From an uncultured Acidobacteriota bacterium (GTDB taxonomy: Bacteria > Acidobacteriota > Thermoanaerobaculia > Multivoradales > UBA5704), in the NCBI GenBank assembly GCA_963770895.1, contig CAVYRF010000001.1, positions 1,056,001 through 1,120,000 on the forward strand: a stretch of DNA of 64,000 nucleotides, in the 5' to 3' direction. A model generated the notes under the pieces. It was given only the letters and a program-made list of their open reading frames with translations. It was not told the origin of the DNA and ran no database searches. Shown one piece after another: positions 55,761 through 64,000 of the stretch. Position 1 is the first letter of the stretch. Every line of letters begins with the position of its first letter. A program made the position numbers and the translations under genes.

Positions 55761-55834
55761 GTGGAGCCTCCTAGTCGCCGGGCGCGGCGTGGCCGGCGAT
55801 GCTGCGGATGCCGGGCGCCACCGTGGAAAGTGCG

Positions 55835-55893
55835 ATCAGGAGTCATTGGCCGCTCCACCGGGAGCTGCGATTGAGGGCGGACTCCACCGCCGC
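55835..55893 (-). ncRNA. Fluoride riboswitch (crcB motif)
   Basis: GGCGGTGGAGTCCGCC..AATCGC..GCCAATGACTCCT upstream of crcB, matching the GGCGATGGAGTTCGCC...GCTAATGACTCCT pattern. Confidence 0.88.
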
Positions 55894-56024
55894 TCCAGGA
55901 ATCCTACCGGAGGGCGAGCCGTGGAGGCCAGGGGTGCTCCAGGAGGCGCGTGCTGGTTGGGCCTGACGCGCGACGGCGACAGCCGCGGCGGCGCCGGGGG
56001 CGCAGGCCCTCGCGTCGCCGGGGG

Positions 56025-56917
56025 CTACGCGGGGCCTGGTCGTCCTGGCTGCGTGGGGCTTGCGGCTTCCAGGGCGATGGGCAGCTTGTAGACCTGGTCG
56101 GGCTTGGTGCGGTCGGAGATCTCGACCCGGTACTGGCCGGGCGGCAGGAAGCTGCGGGTCAGCTCCAGGGTGAAGGGTTGGGCGACGGGCGGCACGGCCT
56201 GGCCTGCCCATGCTTTGTGTTCGGGGCGCCCGGGGGGCGTGGCGTAGATGGCCAGGTCGTAGTGGGCCTGTGGGGTGATCGGAAGGTCGTCGAACACCAG
56301 GAGCGTGCGGTCGCCCATGGTGACGGTGAGAGGTTCTGGACCGCGAGGGTGCTCCAGGTAGGCCAGGCGCACGTTGGCCGCGGGGGGGCGGGCCAGCGCT
56401 GCGGCAGGCGGTTGGCTACCGCTGACAGGCCGGCTGCGCAGAGGAGAACGCTGATGACGGCGACGGCGGCGCGCGCGCCGCGCGACCAGCGCGCCGGTGC
56501 GGTGGGCTCGACGGCTCGCCAAGGGGCGACCTTGTGCGGCGGCGGTGCCCCATGCCGGTCGGAGCGCGGTGCGGCGGATTGCGCGGAGGGGGCCGCGGTG
56601 GCCTGCGCGTACCGCGACGTCGTGGCCTCAGGCTGGCGCTCGCCTTCGTCGCCGGTGACCAGGGATTGGCCCCGGTAGTAGGCGTCCAGGTCGAGCAGCA
56701 GGTGCGGGCAGGTGTCGCAGGTGGCCAGGTGCTCGCGCACCTGGGCCTCGTCGGCCGGGGGGAGCTCGCCGGCGGCGTAGGCGACCAGGGTTTCGAAGCT
56801 GGGATGGGGTGAGATCCCGGCCGGCTCGCGCGAGATCGGCGCCGGACCGGCGGCGGCAAGATAGCGCAGCGCCAGGGTCAGCGAGGGTGCATCTTGCTGT
56901 AGCGTGTCGTGATTCAT
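56025..56917 (-). pseudogene. zf-HC2 anti-sigma-like membrane protein, frameshifted near 56410
   Basis: HPSFETLVAYAAGEL...VREHLATCDTC zinc finger plus TM in one frame; the extracytoplasmic domain (…TLELTRSFLPPGQYRVEI) is in another frame. Confidence 0.72.
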
Positions 56918-56971
56918 GGTGTCAGCTCCTCTCCTCCTTCAGAGATTCTTGGTCAGCCTCTCCCCTCCGGG

Positions 56972-57673
56972 TCAGAGGCCCGCCGGACGCAGCGCGCGCG
57001 GCACCAGGCGGCGGGCTTCCGCCAGCAGGGACGCTGCCTCCGCTTCTCGCAACCGCAGCACGGTGGCGACCTGGGCTTCGCTCAAGGGCAGGCGGTAGCG
57101 CAGTTGCAGGCAGGCTCGCGTGACGGGGGGCATGGCGTCCAGCGCCAGCTGCAAGGCTGCCAGGTCCGGCTCGCTGACCGGCGGCGCACTGGCTGCGGCC
57201 GCCGCGTCGTCGCCGCCCAGCGGCTCGGCCGGCCCGGCGGCACGGCGCAGCCACCGGTCGCGGGCCTTCTGCGCCGCGAAGGCGATCAGGCGTGCGTCGA
57301 GCGCGGTGGGCCGGGGCGGGGCCGCGCCGGGCGACCAGGAGGCGAAGACCTCGTTGAGCAGCACCGAGCGTTCGCCGGCGGCCACGCCCAGGCGGGCGAA
57401 GAAGGCGTCCAGATCGTCGCGGTAGCGCAAGGCGGCCTGGCGGTCCGCGACGGCGCGCCGTCGCTGCAGCCGCGCGGCGGCCACCATGGCGCCGAGCAGC
57501 ACCGGTACCGACAGCACGACCGCTGCCCCCAGCGCCGCTTGTTCGCTGAGCAGGCCGGCGGTCTGGGCCGCGGCCACTGGCACCAGCACCAGCACGAAGA
57601 CGGCGGCGACGCCCCAGAGGCGCGCCGCCACGCTGGCCGAGTCGCGCACCAGGTTGCTCCCCCGGCGGGTCAT
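56972..57673 (-). CDS. ECF-sigma-like protein with two N-terminal TM helices
   Basis: Two hydrophobic segments, then degenerate sigma2 (YRDDLDAFFARLG..LLNEVF..RLIAFAAQKARDRWLRR) and sigma4 (ALDAMPPVTRACLQLRY..LSEAQVATVL..AASLLAEARR). Confidence 0.62.
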   Translation of the reverse strand: MTRRGSNLVRDSASVAARLWGVAAVFVLVLVPVAAAQTAGLLSEQAALGAAVVLSVPVLLGAMVAAARLQRRRAVADRQAALRYRDDLDAFFARLGVAAGERSVLLNEVFASWSPGAAPPRPTALDARLIAFAAQKARDRWLRRAAGPAEPLGGDDAAAAASAPPVSEPDLAALQLALDAMPPVTRACLQLRYRLPLSEAQVATVLRLREAEAASLLAEARRLVPRALRPAGL

Positions 57674-58086
57674 TTCAGCCACCTCCCGCGGTTGCGAATG
57701 AAGTTCAGCACCCCGTAGACCAGGAAGATCACGAAGAACACGGCCTGGGCGAGCTCGTGGAGATTGGCCAGGAGCCCGCGCAGCACCGCGCTGCCGGGAA
57801 GCTGTTCCAGGATCAGAGTGAAGTAGAACGGCAGGACCAGGATGACCATCGACAGGAAGTCGGCAAGCATGTCGATCAGCAGGTCGCGGATGCGATGCCA
57901 CACTTCGATCAGCCAGTGCCGGCGGCGGCGGCGCGGCGGCTTGCGTCGCGGCGGCGCGTGGTGAGACGGCGCTGCGGTGGCACCTGGATCGGCTGCGGCC
58001 GGGGGCGGCGTCTGGAGCGGTGCCTGGGGATGCGGCGCGGCGCCGTCCGCTGGCTCAGGCGAAACCGGTTTCCGTTCCAAGTTCAC
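57670..58086 (-). CDS. Small 2-TM membrane protein
   Basis: Pro-rich N-terminus, RRRRR, two hydrophobic helices; ATGA overlap with the sigma-like gene. Confidence 0.65.
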   Translation of the reverse strand: MNLERKPVSPEPADGAAPHPQAPLQTPPPAAADPGATAAPSHHAPPRRKPPRRRRRHWLIEVWHRIRDLLIDMLADFLSMVILVLPFYFTLILEQLPGSAVLRGLLANLHELAQAVFFVIFLVYGVLNFIRNRGRWLK

Positions 58087-58269
58087 GACAGTCTCCCGAA
58101 GCGTGGTGCGGGCGCGTCCCCCGGCATGGACCGGCGGGCTCTTGCCGCCAGGGGTGAAGACACGGTCGGGCAGATTTTTGTTGAGCCGGGTTGGCGCACG
58201 GCGCGGCCAGCGGCGGCGCTCCGGTGAGCAGGAGCGCCGCTGCCGTGGCACGCGGGTGCGCCGTCCGGT

Positions 58270-58461
58270 TCACGGCTTGGCGGGGCGGGGCGCCTTGAGA
58301 TCGCGCGGGCCGCTGCGGTTGGACTCGGCCGGCAGCTTGGGCGCGATGGTGATGCTGCGGTCATTGGACGGAGGGTTGATCTCGGTTTGCGACACCGGGA
58401 GGGGTCCGCCGCGGACGCGGCCTTGCTTCTTGTTCGCGGTCTGATCGTCCTGGTCGTTCAT
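58270..58461 (-). CDS. 63-aa hydrophilic peptide
   Basis: Strong AAGGAGG RBS; MNDQDDQTANKKQGRVRGG...; directly downstream of the CHAT gene. Confidence 0.55.
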   Translation of the reverse strand: MNDQDDQTANKKQGRVRGGPLPVSQTEINPPSNDRSITIAPKLPAESNRSGPRDLKAPRPAKP

Positions 58462-58568
58462 CGATGCCTCCTTGCCCAGCGGTTGAGAGGTTGCGTCGCC
58501 GGCCTGACGGCGGCGGCGCTCGGGTCTGGTGCGGTAAGACACGCTTGGCGCCGTTGTGTGCAGAGGCG

Positions 58569-61500
58569 CTACTGCCAGTCACCTTCCAGGATGAAGCCGG
58601 CCCAGTGAAAAGGGTCTTGCCACTGCCGCTGCTGGCGCATCTCGGTCTGCGCCAGGCGCAGGGCTTCGCTGGCCGGGACCTTGCCTTTGAGCAGGTGACC
58701 GTAGAATCGGCGCATCAGCTCCATGGTGCTGCGGTCGCCGACGTTCCAGAGGCTGACCAGGACTCTACGGGCGCCGGCGGCCAGGAACGCTTGCGGCAGG
58801 CCGAACATCCCCTCGCGGTCGATCTCGGGACCCAGCGCGGTGGCGCAGGCGCTCAGCACCACCAGGTCGGCGGGCAGTCGCAGGCCCGCCAGGTCGTGGA
58901 CGCGCAGGTAGCCGTCGCGCGGAGCGCCCCGGCGGTCGACGGCGGACAGCAGGATCGCCGACAGCTCGGGATCGGCGCCGAGGGTGGTGCCGTGGGTGGC
59001 AAAGTGGAGGATGCGGGTGCCCTCCAGGGCGCCCCCGGTCACCAGCTCGCGGGTGGCGTCGAAGCCGGTTCGTGCCAGCCGCTGACCGCTCGGCACCAGG
59101 GCCAGGATGGCGTCGGCCTCGGCCTGCGTGTCGGCGAGCCGCGGCAGCTCGCCGGCGACGGGCGGCGGCGGCAGGGCCGGTGTGCGCGGCTGCCGCAGGC
59201 GCGGGTCGCCGGGGCCGAAGACCGGGTCGGCGACAACCGCCAGCTGCCGCCGCGGCGCCGGTTGGCTGGCGGCGCGCCGGCGGAGCTCGTCGATCACCGG
59301 CAGCGACGGGACGTAGACCGTCTGGTGGTGCAGCGCGAGCGGCCCACCCTGGCCGTCCGGCTCGGGCAGCGCGGCGAAGGGCAGGTATTGCAAGGCGCCG
59401 TTGGCGGCGATGACCAGCCGCTTGTCGCCCAGGATGCCGCTGGCCTGACCCAGCAGGATGCGGCTGAGCGCCAGGGCCTCGCGCTCGCCGCGCTCGCCGC
59501 GCTCGCCGCGCTCGCCGCGCTCGCCGCGCTCACCCCCCCCGTCGCCCCCGCTGCCCCGGCCGCCGCCACCGCTCCCACCGCTCCCGGCGCTGTCGCCGTC
59601 GTCCACCGGCGGCACCGTGGTGGTGTGCGCAAAGACGTCGAGCAGCGAGCGCACGCGCGCCTCGATGTCGCCGCGGCCGGGCAGCTCGAAGCTCTGGATT
59701 CGGCCGTCGGCGGCGAGGACCCACAGGAAGCTGCGCGGCTCGGCCAGGTAGTACTCCAGCAGCAACGAATCGCGGTCCAAAACCGCGGTGTCCGGCACCG
59801 CCGCAAGCGCCGCCGTGTCCGGGTCCTGGTCGCTTCCGCCGCGCGCGGCGCCCGCCGCGCCACCGCTACCGCCGCCGCCGCGCCGCACCCGCACCTCGAT
59901 CTCGCCCGCGGCGTCGAGCCTGGCGCGCAGCTCGCGCTCGATGGCGTCACGTGCGGTCCAGGCCAGATCGGGGTTGCGGCGCGCCAGGTCGAGCTGGTCG
60001 ATCCTGCGATTGAGCGACGCCCACTGCTCGCCCAGGGCCTCGCCGCCCGCGGTGCTCGCCGCGTCCGCCAGCTCGCGCCGCGCCACCAGCTCGTCGAGCA
60101 GGCGCCGCCCGCGGGACTCCTCGCTCCGCGCCAGCGCTTGCCGCGCCAAGCCCGCCGCCGGCTGCGATCGATGCGACCTCATCAGGTTGTCGATGAGCAG
60201 ATCGAAGTAGCCTTCCTGCAAGGCGAGGTAGGAGGTGCGCAGATCCGGCCGCACGGCGGCGGTGCGCAGCGACTCGACGAGCCGCAGACCTTCCTCGCCG
60301 TGGGCGCGGGCCAGGTCCAGGCTGCCGCGGTCGGTCTCTGCCTGGGCCTTGGCCATGCCCAGCTGGGCGACGGCCTCCAGGCTGGCGTCGTGCTGCTTGC
60401 GAGCCTCGGCCAGCGCCCGGTCGAAATCGGCCAGGGCCCGCTCCGGCCGGTGCAGCCCCAGCTCGCTCTGAGCCAGGCCGACGCGGACCGCCGCGGCGTC
60501 GAGCGGAGCGTTCAGGCGGTCGAGGATGTCGACGGCCTGCTGGAACGTGGCCAACGCCTGCAGCTCGTCGTGCTGGCGCAGCAGGCAGGCCGCAATCGAG
60601 CTCAACGCCACCGCACGGTTGCGCGACGGCGCGGTGTCGCTCTCCGGTTGCAGTTCCAAGGCGCGGCGCAGGTAGGCGAGCGCCGCGCCCTGGCGGCCGG
60701 CGGCGGCCTCGACCCGGCCCAGCTGGGTCAGGGTCGCGACCCGATGCGGCCGGCCCGGGCTGCGGTTGAGCAGCGCCAGTGCGCGCCAATGGCAATCGCG
60801 CGCCCGTCCCCAATCGGCGAGCGTCGCGTACACCCAGCCCATGCCGTTGAGAGCATTGGCCTCGGAGCCAAAGTCGCCGATGGCCTGTGCCAGCTCGCAG
60901 GCCTGGCGGAAGGTGGCGAGCGCCTGCCAGCTGTCGCCGTGGAGGTGGAGGAGCCGGCCGAAGTTGATCAGGGTCGAGACCTCGCCCCCCTGGTTCTTGA
61001 GGGTGCGCCAGAGGGCGAGCGCGCGCACGAAGGCCTCGCTCGCCGGCACGAAGTCGCCCTCCCCGCCGGCGGCCTGGCCGATCTCGTTGTTCGCCACCGC
61101 CTGGTCGTACGGCTGCGCCAGCGCGATGGCGATCGTCAGGCAGCGCTGGAACAGAGGCACGGCGTCCCGGTTGGCGCCGTGAATCACGTAGAGCCGGCCG
61201 AGCCGGAACAGCGGCTCGACCTGCGGCTCCTGGTCGCCGAGCCCTTGCCACAGGCGCAGGGCCCTTTCGTACTTGGCCGCCGTCTGCCAGAAGGGGCCGT
61301 GCGTCTGCTCGAGGGCTGCCGCTTCCCTGGCGGCCTGCTGGGCGGCGGCGCGGTCGCGGTCCGCGGCGCTGGCGGACCGCAGCGCCAGGACCTCCTGGTC
61401 GTAGGCGCCGTGATCGCCGGCATGAGCGGCATGGACCTCCAACCGGTAGCGGCCATCGTCGGGCGCGACCAGGTGCACGTCTTCGGGGCCCTTGGCGCCG

Positions 61501-61826
61501 TTGGGGCTGTCGGCGACAAAGAGCAGCCGCCGGCCGGGAGCAAAGACGTCGATCGCCACGTCGACGCCGCGCTGGTCGGCGCGGAAGTGCAGATACTGGC
61601 CGGCGGTCAGCTCGATCTCATAGACGTCCACCTCGCCGGCGCCCAGCTCGCACCGGCGGGGCGGTTGCAGCGCAACCGGCAGCACCCGCGCGGCGGTCGG
61701 CGCCGTCCCCGTCTCCGTCGCCGGCGGAGGCGCGAGCCGCTGCAGCTCGGGCGATGGCGGCGAGGGCGGTGGCGGCAGCCGTGGTGTCCACGGGCTGCCC
61801 GGCGCGCGCATCGCGCCCAGGCCCAA
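58569..61826 (-). CDS. PPC-TPR-CHAT (caspase-like) protease; start may extend upstream to include the RRRWLWLGLG anchor
   Basis: PPC-like YLHFRADQRGVDVAIDV..DSPNG..GPE; TPR repeats; CHAT LQYLPFAALP, LHFATHG (His), LVVLSACATALG (Cys), VSLWNVGD, PFHWAGF. Confidence 0.93.
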   Translation of the reverse strand: MGLGAMRAPGSPWTPRLPPPPSPPSPELQRLAPPPATETGTAPTAARVLPVALQPPRRCELGAGEVDVYEIELTAGQYLHFRADQRGVDVAIDVFAPGRRLLFVADSPNGAKGPEDVHLVAPDDGRYRLEVHAAHAGDHGAYDQEVLALRSASAADRDRAAAQQAAREAAALEQTHGPFWQTAAKYERALRLWQGLGDQEPQVEPLFRLGRLYVIHGANRDAVPLFQRCLTIAIALAQPYDQAVANNEIGQAAGGEGDFVPASEAFVRALALWRTLKNQGGEVSTLINFGRLLHLHGDSWQALATFRQACELAQAIGDFGSEANALNGMGWVYATLADWGRARDCHWRALALLNRSPGRPHRVATLTQLGRVEAAAGRQGAALAYLRRALELQPESDTAPSRNRAVALSSIAACLLRQHDELQALATFQQAVDILDRLNAPLDAAAVRVGLAQSELGLHRPERALADFDRALAEARKQHDASLEAVAQLGMAKAQAETDRGSLDLARAHGEEGLRLVESLRTAAVRPDLRTSYLALQEGYFDLLIDNLMRSHRSQPAAGLARQALARSEESRGRRLLDELVARRELADAASTAGGEALGEQWASLNRRIDQLDLARRNPDLAWTARDAIERELRARLDAAGEIEVRVRRGGGGSGGAAGAARGGSDQDPDTAALAAVPDTAVLDRDSLLLEYYLAEPRSFLWVLAADGRIQSFELPGRGDIEARVRSLLDVFAHTTTVPPVDDGDSAGSGGSGGGGRGSGGDGGGERGERGERGERGERGEREALALSRILLGQASGILGDKRLVIAANGALQYLPFAALPEPDGQGGPLALHHQTVYVPSLPVIDELRRRAASQPAPRRQLAVVADPVFGPGDPRLRQPRTPALPPPPVAGELPRLADTQAEADAILALVPSGQRLARTGFDATRELVTGGALEGTRILHFATHGTTLGADPELSAILLSAVDRRGAPRDGYLRVHDLAGLRLPADLVVLSACATALGPEIDREGMFGLPQAFLAAGARRVLVSLWNVGDRSTMELMRRFYGHLLKGKVPASEALRLAQTEMRQQRQWQDPFHWAGFILEGDWQ
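59482..59535. repeat. 9-bp tandem repeat (cgctcgccg)x5 plus one imperfect unit, encoding (GER)n
   Basis: Directly visible; in-frame within the CHAT gene. Confidence 0.9.
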
Positions 61827-62112
61827 GAGGGTCCCCAGCCCCAGCCAAAGCCATCGCCGGCGAACGAAACGGGCCAGACGCCCTCCCCATTTCAGGTGAC
61901 TGCAAAATTATGTCGAATCAGGTCGCGGATGACAACACCTGCGACTATCCAAAAGACGCGCGAATCCGGGCGCCGGCGGACCATCGGGGGGGCTCGGCCG
62001 GGCGCCCGCCGGCGCCGCCCGCCCGCCCGGCGCGTGGCGCGGATATGATGCGACGCTGCGGCCAGGGAGATGCCGACCTGGCATCACGTTCGCGACCAAA
62101 GGAGCGCCCGTC

Positions 62113-63780
62113 ATGGATGCGAAGCTGCGCTGGCTCAGTGGGATCGCCGCAATCCTGGTACTTGGCGCCGCAAGCCATGCCGCCCCCGCGGCGCCGGCTG
62201 CCGCCGGGACCCCCGACCTGGCTGCCGGCGAGCGCTGGTGGGCGCACGTCCGCTACCTGGCCGACGACAAGCTGGAAGGGCGGCTGACCGGCAGCGCCGG
62301 CTATCGCCAGGCGGCTGCCTACGTGGCGCAGCACTTCAAGGAATACGGCCTGCAGCCGGCGGGGGTGGACGGCTACTACCAGCCCGTGCACTTCCTGGCG
62401 CAGCGCATCCAGGCCGCGGCATCAGACCTGGCGCTGGTGGGCGCCGGCGGCAAGGTGGAGCGCCTGGCGCTCGGCGAGGACGCGCTGCTCGGCGCCCGCC
62501 AGCCGCAGCCGCCGGCGATCGAAGCGCCGCTGGTCTTCGTCGGCTACGCCCTGCACCTGCCGGACGCCGGCTTCGACGACCTGGCGGCGGTGGACTGCAA
62601 GGGCAAGATCGTGGTCTATCTCAACGGCGGACCGGCGGACATCTCGGGCGCTCTCAAATCGCACGCGCGCGCGGCGCAGGAGTTCGCCAAGGCGCTGCAG
62701 GGGGCCGGCGCGGTCGGCGCGATCGCGCTCGCCAACCCGCAATCGATGGACATCCCCTGGGCGCGCCAGGCGCTCGCCGCCTCGCAGCCGGGCATGCGCA
62801 TCGCCGAAGCCGCCATGCAGGACGTCGCGGGGCACTTCTTCGTCGCCACCTTCAACCCGGCGCGGGCGGAGAAGCTCTTTGCCGGCTCGGGCCACACCTT
62901 CTCCGAGCTGCTGGCGCTGGCCGACGCGGGCAAGCCGCTGCCGCGTTTCCCGCTCGCGGTCAGCCTGCGCGCCAAGGTGGCCGCCACGACCGAACCCGTC
63001 GAAGCGCCCAACGTCGCCGGCTTGCTGCGCGGCAGCGACCCGGCGCTGGCGTCGCAGGTCGTGGTGTTTTCGGCGCATCTCGATCACCTGGGCGTCGGCG
63101 AGCCGATCGACGGCGACCGCATCTACAACGGCGCCATGGACAACGCCGCGGGCGTCGCCTCGCTCCTGGAGGTGGCGCGCAGCATGGCGGCGCCGGGGGC
63201 GGCCCGGCCGCGGCGGTCGGTGCTGTTCCTGGCCGTCTGCGGCGAGGAAAAGGGGCTGCTCGGCTCGCGCTACTTCGCCGGCCATCCGACGGTGCCGCGC
63301 GGCGACCTGGCGGCCGATCTGAACGTCGACATGTTCCTGCCGCTTTTTCCGCTGCACTACCTCACGGTACAGGGGCTCGACGAATCGTCGCTGGGCGACG
63401 ACGCGCGGGCGGTGGGGGCGGCGATGGGCGTCGAGATCGTGGCCGATCGCCATCCGGACCGCAACGCCTTCATCCGCAGCGACCAGTACAGCTTCATCCG
63501 CAACGGCGTGCCGGCGGTGGCGCTGGGGTTCGGCGCCGCTCCCGGCTCGCCCGAAGAGAAGACCTTGCGGGAATGGATCACCCACCGCTACCACGCCCCC
63601 TCCGACGACGTGAACCAGCCGGTCGACCTGGCGGCGGCAGGTCGGTTCGACGCCTTCGTGCTGGCCCTGGCGCGGCGGGTGGCCGACGCCGACGCGCGGC
63701 CGGCATGGAAGGAAAAGAGCTTCTTCCGCCGCTTCGCCACGCCGGCGGCAGCGCCCGCCGCCGCCGCCCCGGCAGGCTGA
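62113..63780 (+). CDS. M28 family peptidase with PA domain
   Basis: LADDKLEGR.TG, SAHLDHLG, YNGAMDNAAG, GEEKGLLGS, RSDQYSF, YHAPSDD. Confidence 0.94.
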   Translation: MDAKLRWLSGIAAILVLGAASHAAPAAPAAAGTPDLAAGERWWAHVRYLADDKLEGRLTGSAGYRQAAAYVAQHFKEYGLQPAGVDGYYQPVHFLAQRIQAAASDLALVGAGGKVERLALGEDALLGARQPQPPAIEAPLVFVGYALHLPDAGFDDLAAVDCKGKIVVYLNGGPADISGALKSHARAAQEFAKALQGAGAVGAIALANPQSMDIPWARQALAASQPGMRIAEAAMQDVAGHFFVATFNPARAEKLFAGSGHTFSELLALADAGKPLPRFPLAVSLRAKVAATTEPVEAPNVAGLLRGSDPALASQVVVFSAHLDHLGVGEPIDGDRIYNGAMDNAAGVASLLEVARSMAAPGAARPRRSVLFLAVCGEEKGLLGSRYFAGHPTVPRGDLAADLNVDMFLPLFPLHYLTVQGLDESSLGDDARAVGAAMGVEIVADRHPDRNAFIRSDQYSFIRNGVPAVALGFGAAPGSPEEKTLREWITHRYHAPSDDVNQPVDLAAAGRFDAFVLALARRVADADARPAWKEKSFFRRFATPAAAPAAAAPAG

Positions 63781-63830
63781 GAACTTCCCGCCGCCGCTCG
63801 CGTACTGGTGCTCTACCCAAGGAGCATGGC

Positions 63831-64000
63831 ATGCACAGCGTAAGGCGGTTGGCAGATTGGGCAGGGCCGGGGGTCCTGTCGTTGCTGGCGGCGGTGGCGG
63901 CGGTTGCGCCGTGCCGCGCCGCGGACGGTCCGGCGATCTTCGCGCCGGGGGTGATCTCGGGGCCCGCCAACGACGCGGACCCGTGCTTCACGCCCGACGG
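63831..64000 (+). CDS. TolB/PD40-repeat secreted protein (3' partial)
   Basis: Signal peptide then IFAPGVISGPANDADPCFTPDG. Confidence 0.65.
   Translation, partial: MHSVRRLADWAGPGVLSLLAAVAAVAPCRAADGPAIFAPGVISGPANDADPCFTPD

Noticed and set aside
59482-59535. Tandem repeat as a CRISPR array or phase-variation switch
   Set aside because: The 9-bp unit has no spacers and preserves frame; no CRISPR array or cas gene was seen in the window.

Overview
Very GC-rich bacterial chromosomal window. The host is most likely an Acidobacteriota of the Thermoanaerobaculia type; this is inferred from a duplicated orphan MacB-type permease, a TPR-CHAT/ECF-sigma/zf-HC2 cluster, and a secreted protein with a 'WFF...N.E..VKV.DGC...FWFFAGGLTNV' C-terminal domain. 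Left to right: (1) the end of an NRPS cluster (C-A-T-TE with an Asp-type A domain, a SyrP/TauD dioxygenase, an ABC permease, and a free-standing FkbM methyltransferase wrapped in A-domain C-terminal fragments) abutting an integrase remnant at the 3' end of tRNA-Thr(TGT); (2) housekeeping and secreted-protein genes (GntR, DUF885, pit, a D-threo-hydroxyaspartate-dehydratase-like enzyme, GT39); (3) an enediyne-type iterative PKS cassette pksE-unbV(E4)-unbU(E5) with no adjacent E10 thioesterase or E3/unbL; (4) sugar and MFS genes plus an operon of three enzymes with non-canonical active-site motifs; (5) a decayed island next to tRNA-Tyr(GTA) with a neprosin, two secreted 6-Cys peptides, phoD, a frameshifted toxin with intact antitoxin, an ISAzo13 element, an IS701-like remnant and a ~163-bp dispersed repeat; (6) crcB with a fluoride riboswitch; (7) a TPR-CHAT protease operon with an N-terminally membrane-anchored ECF-sigma-like protein and a frameshifted zinc-finger anti-sigma; (8) an M28 peptidase. 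All calls come from motifs read by eye; no searches were run.
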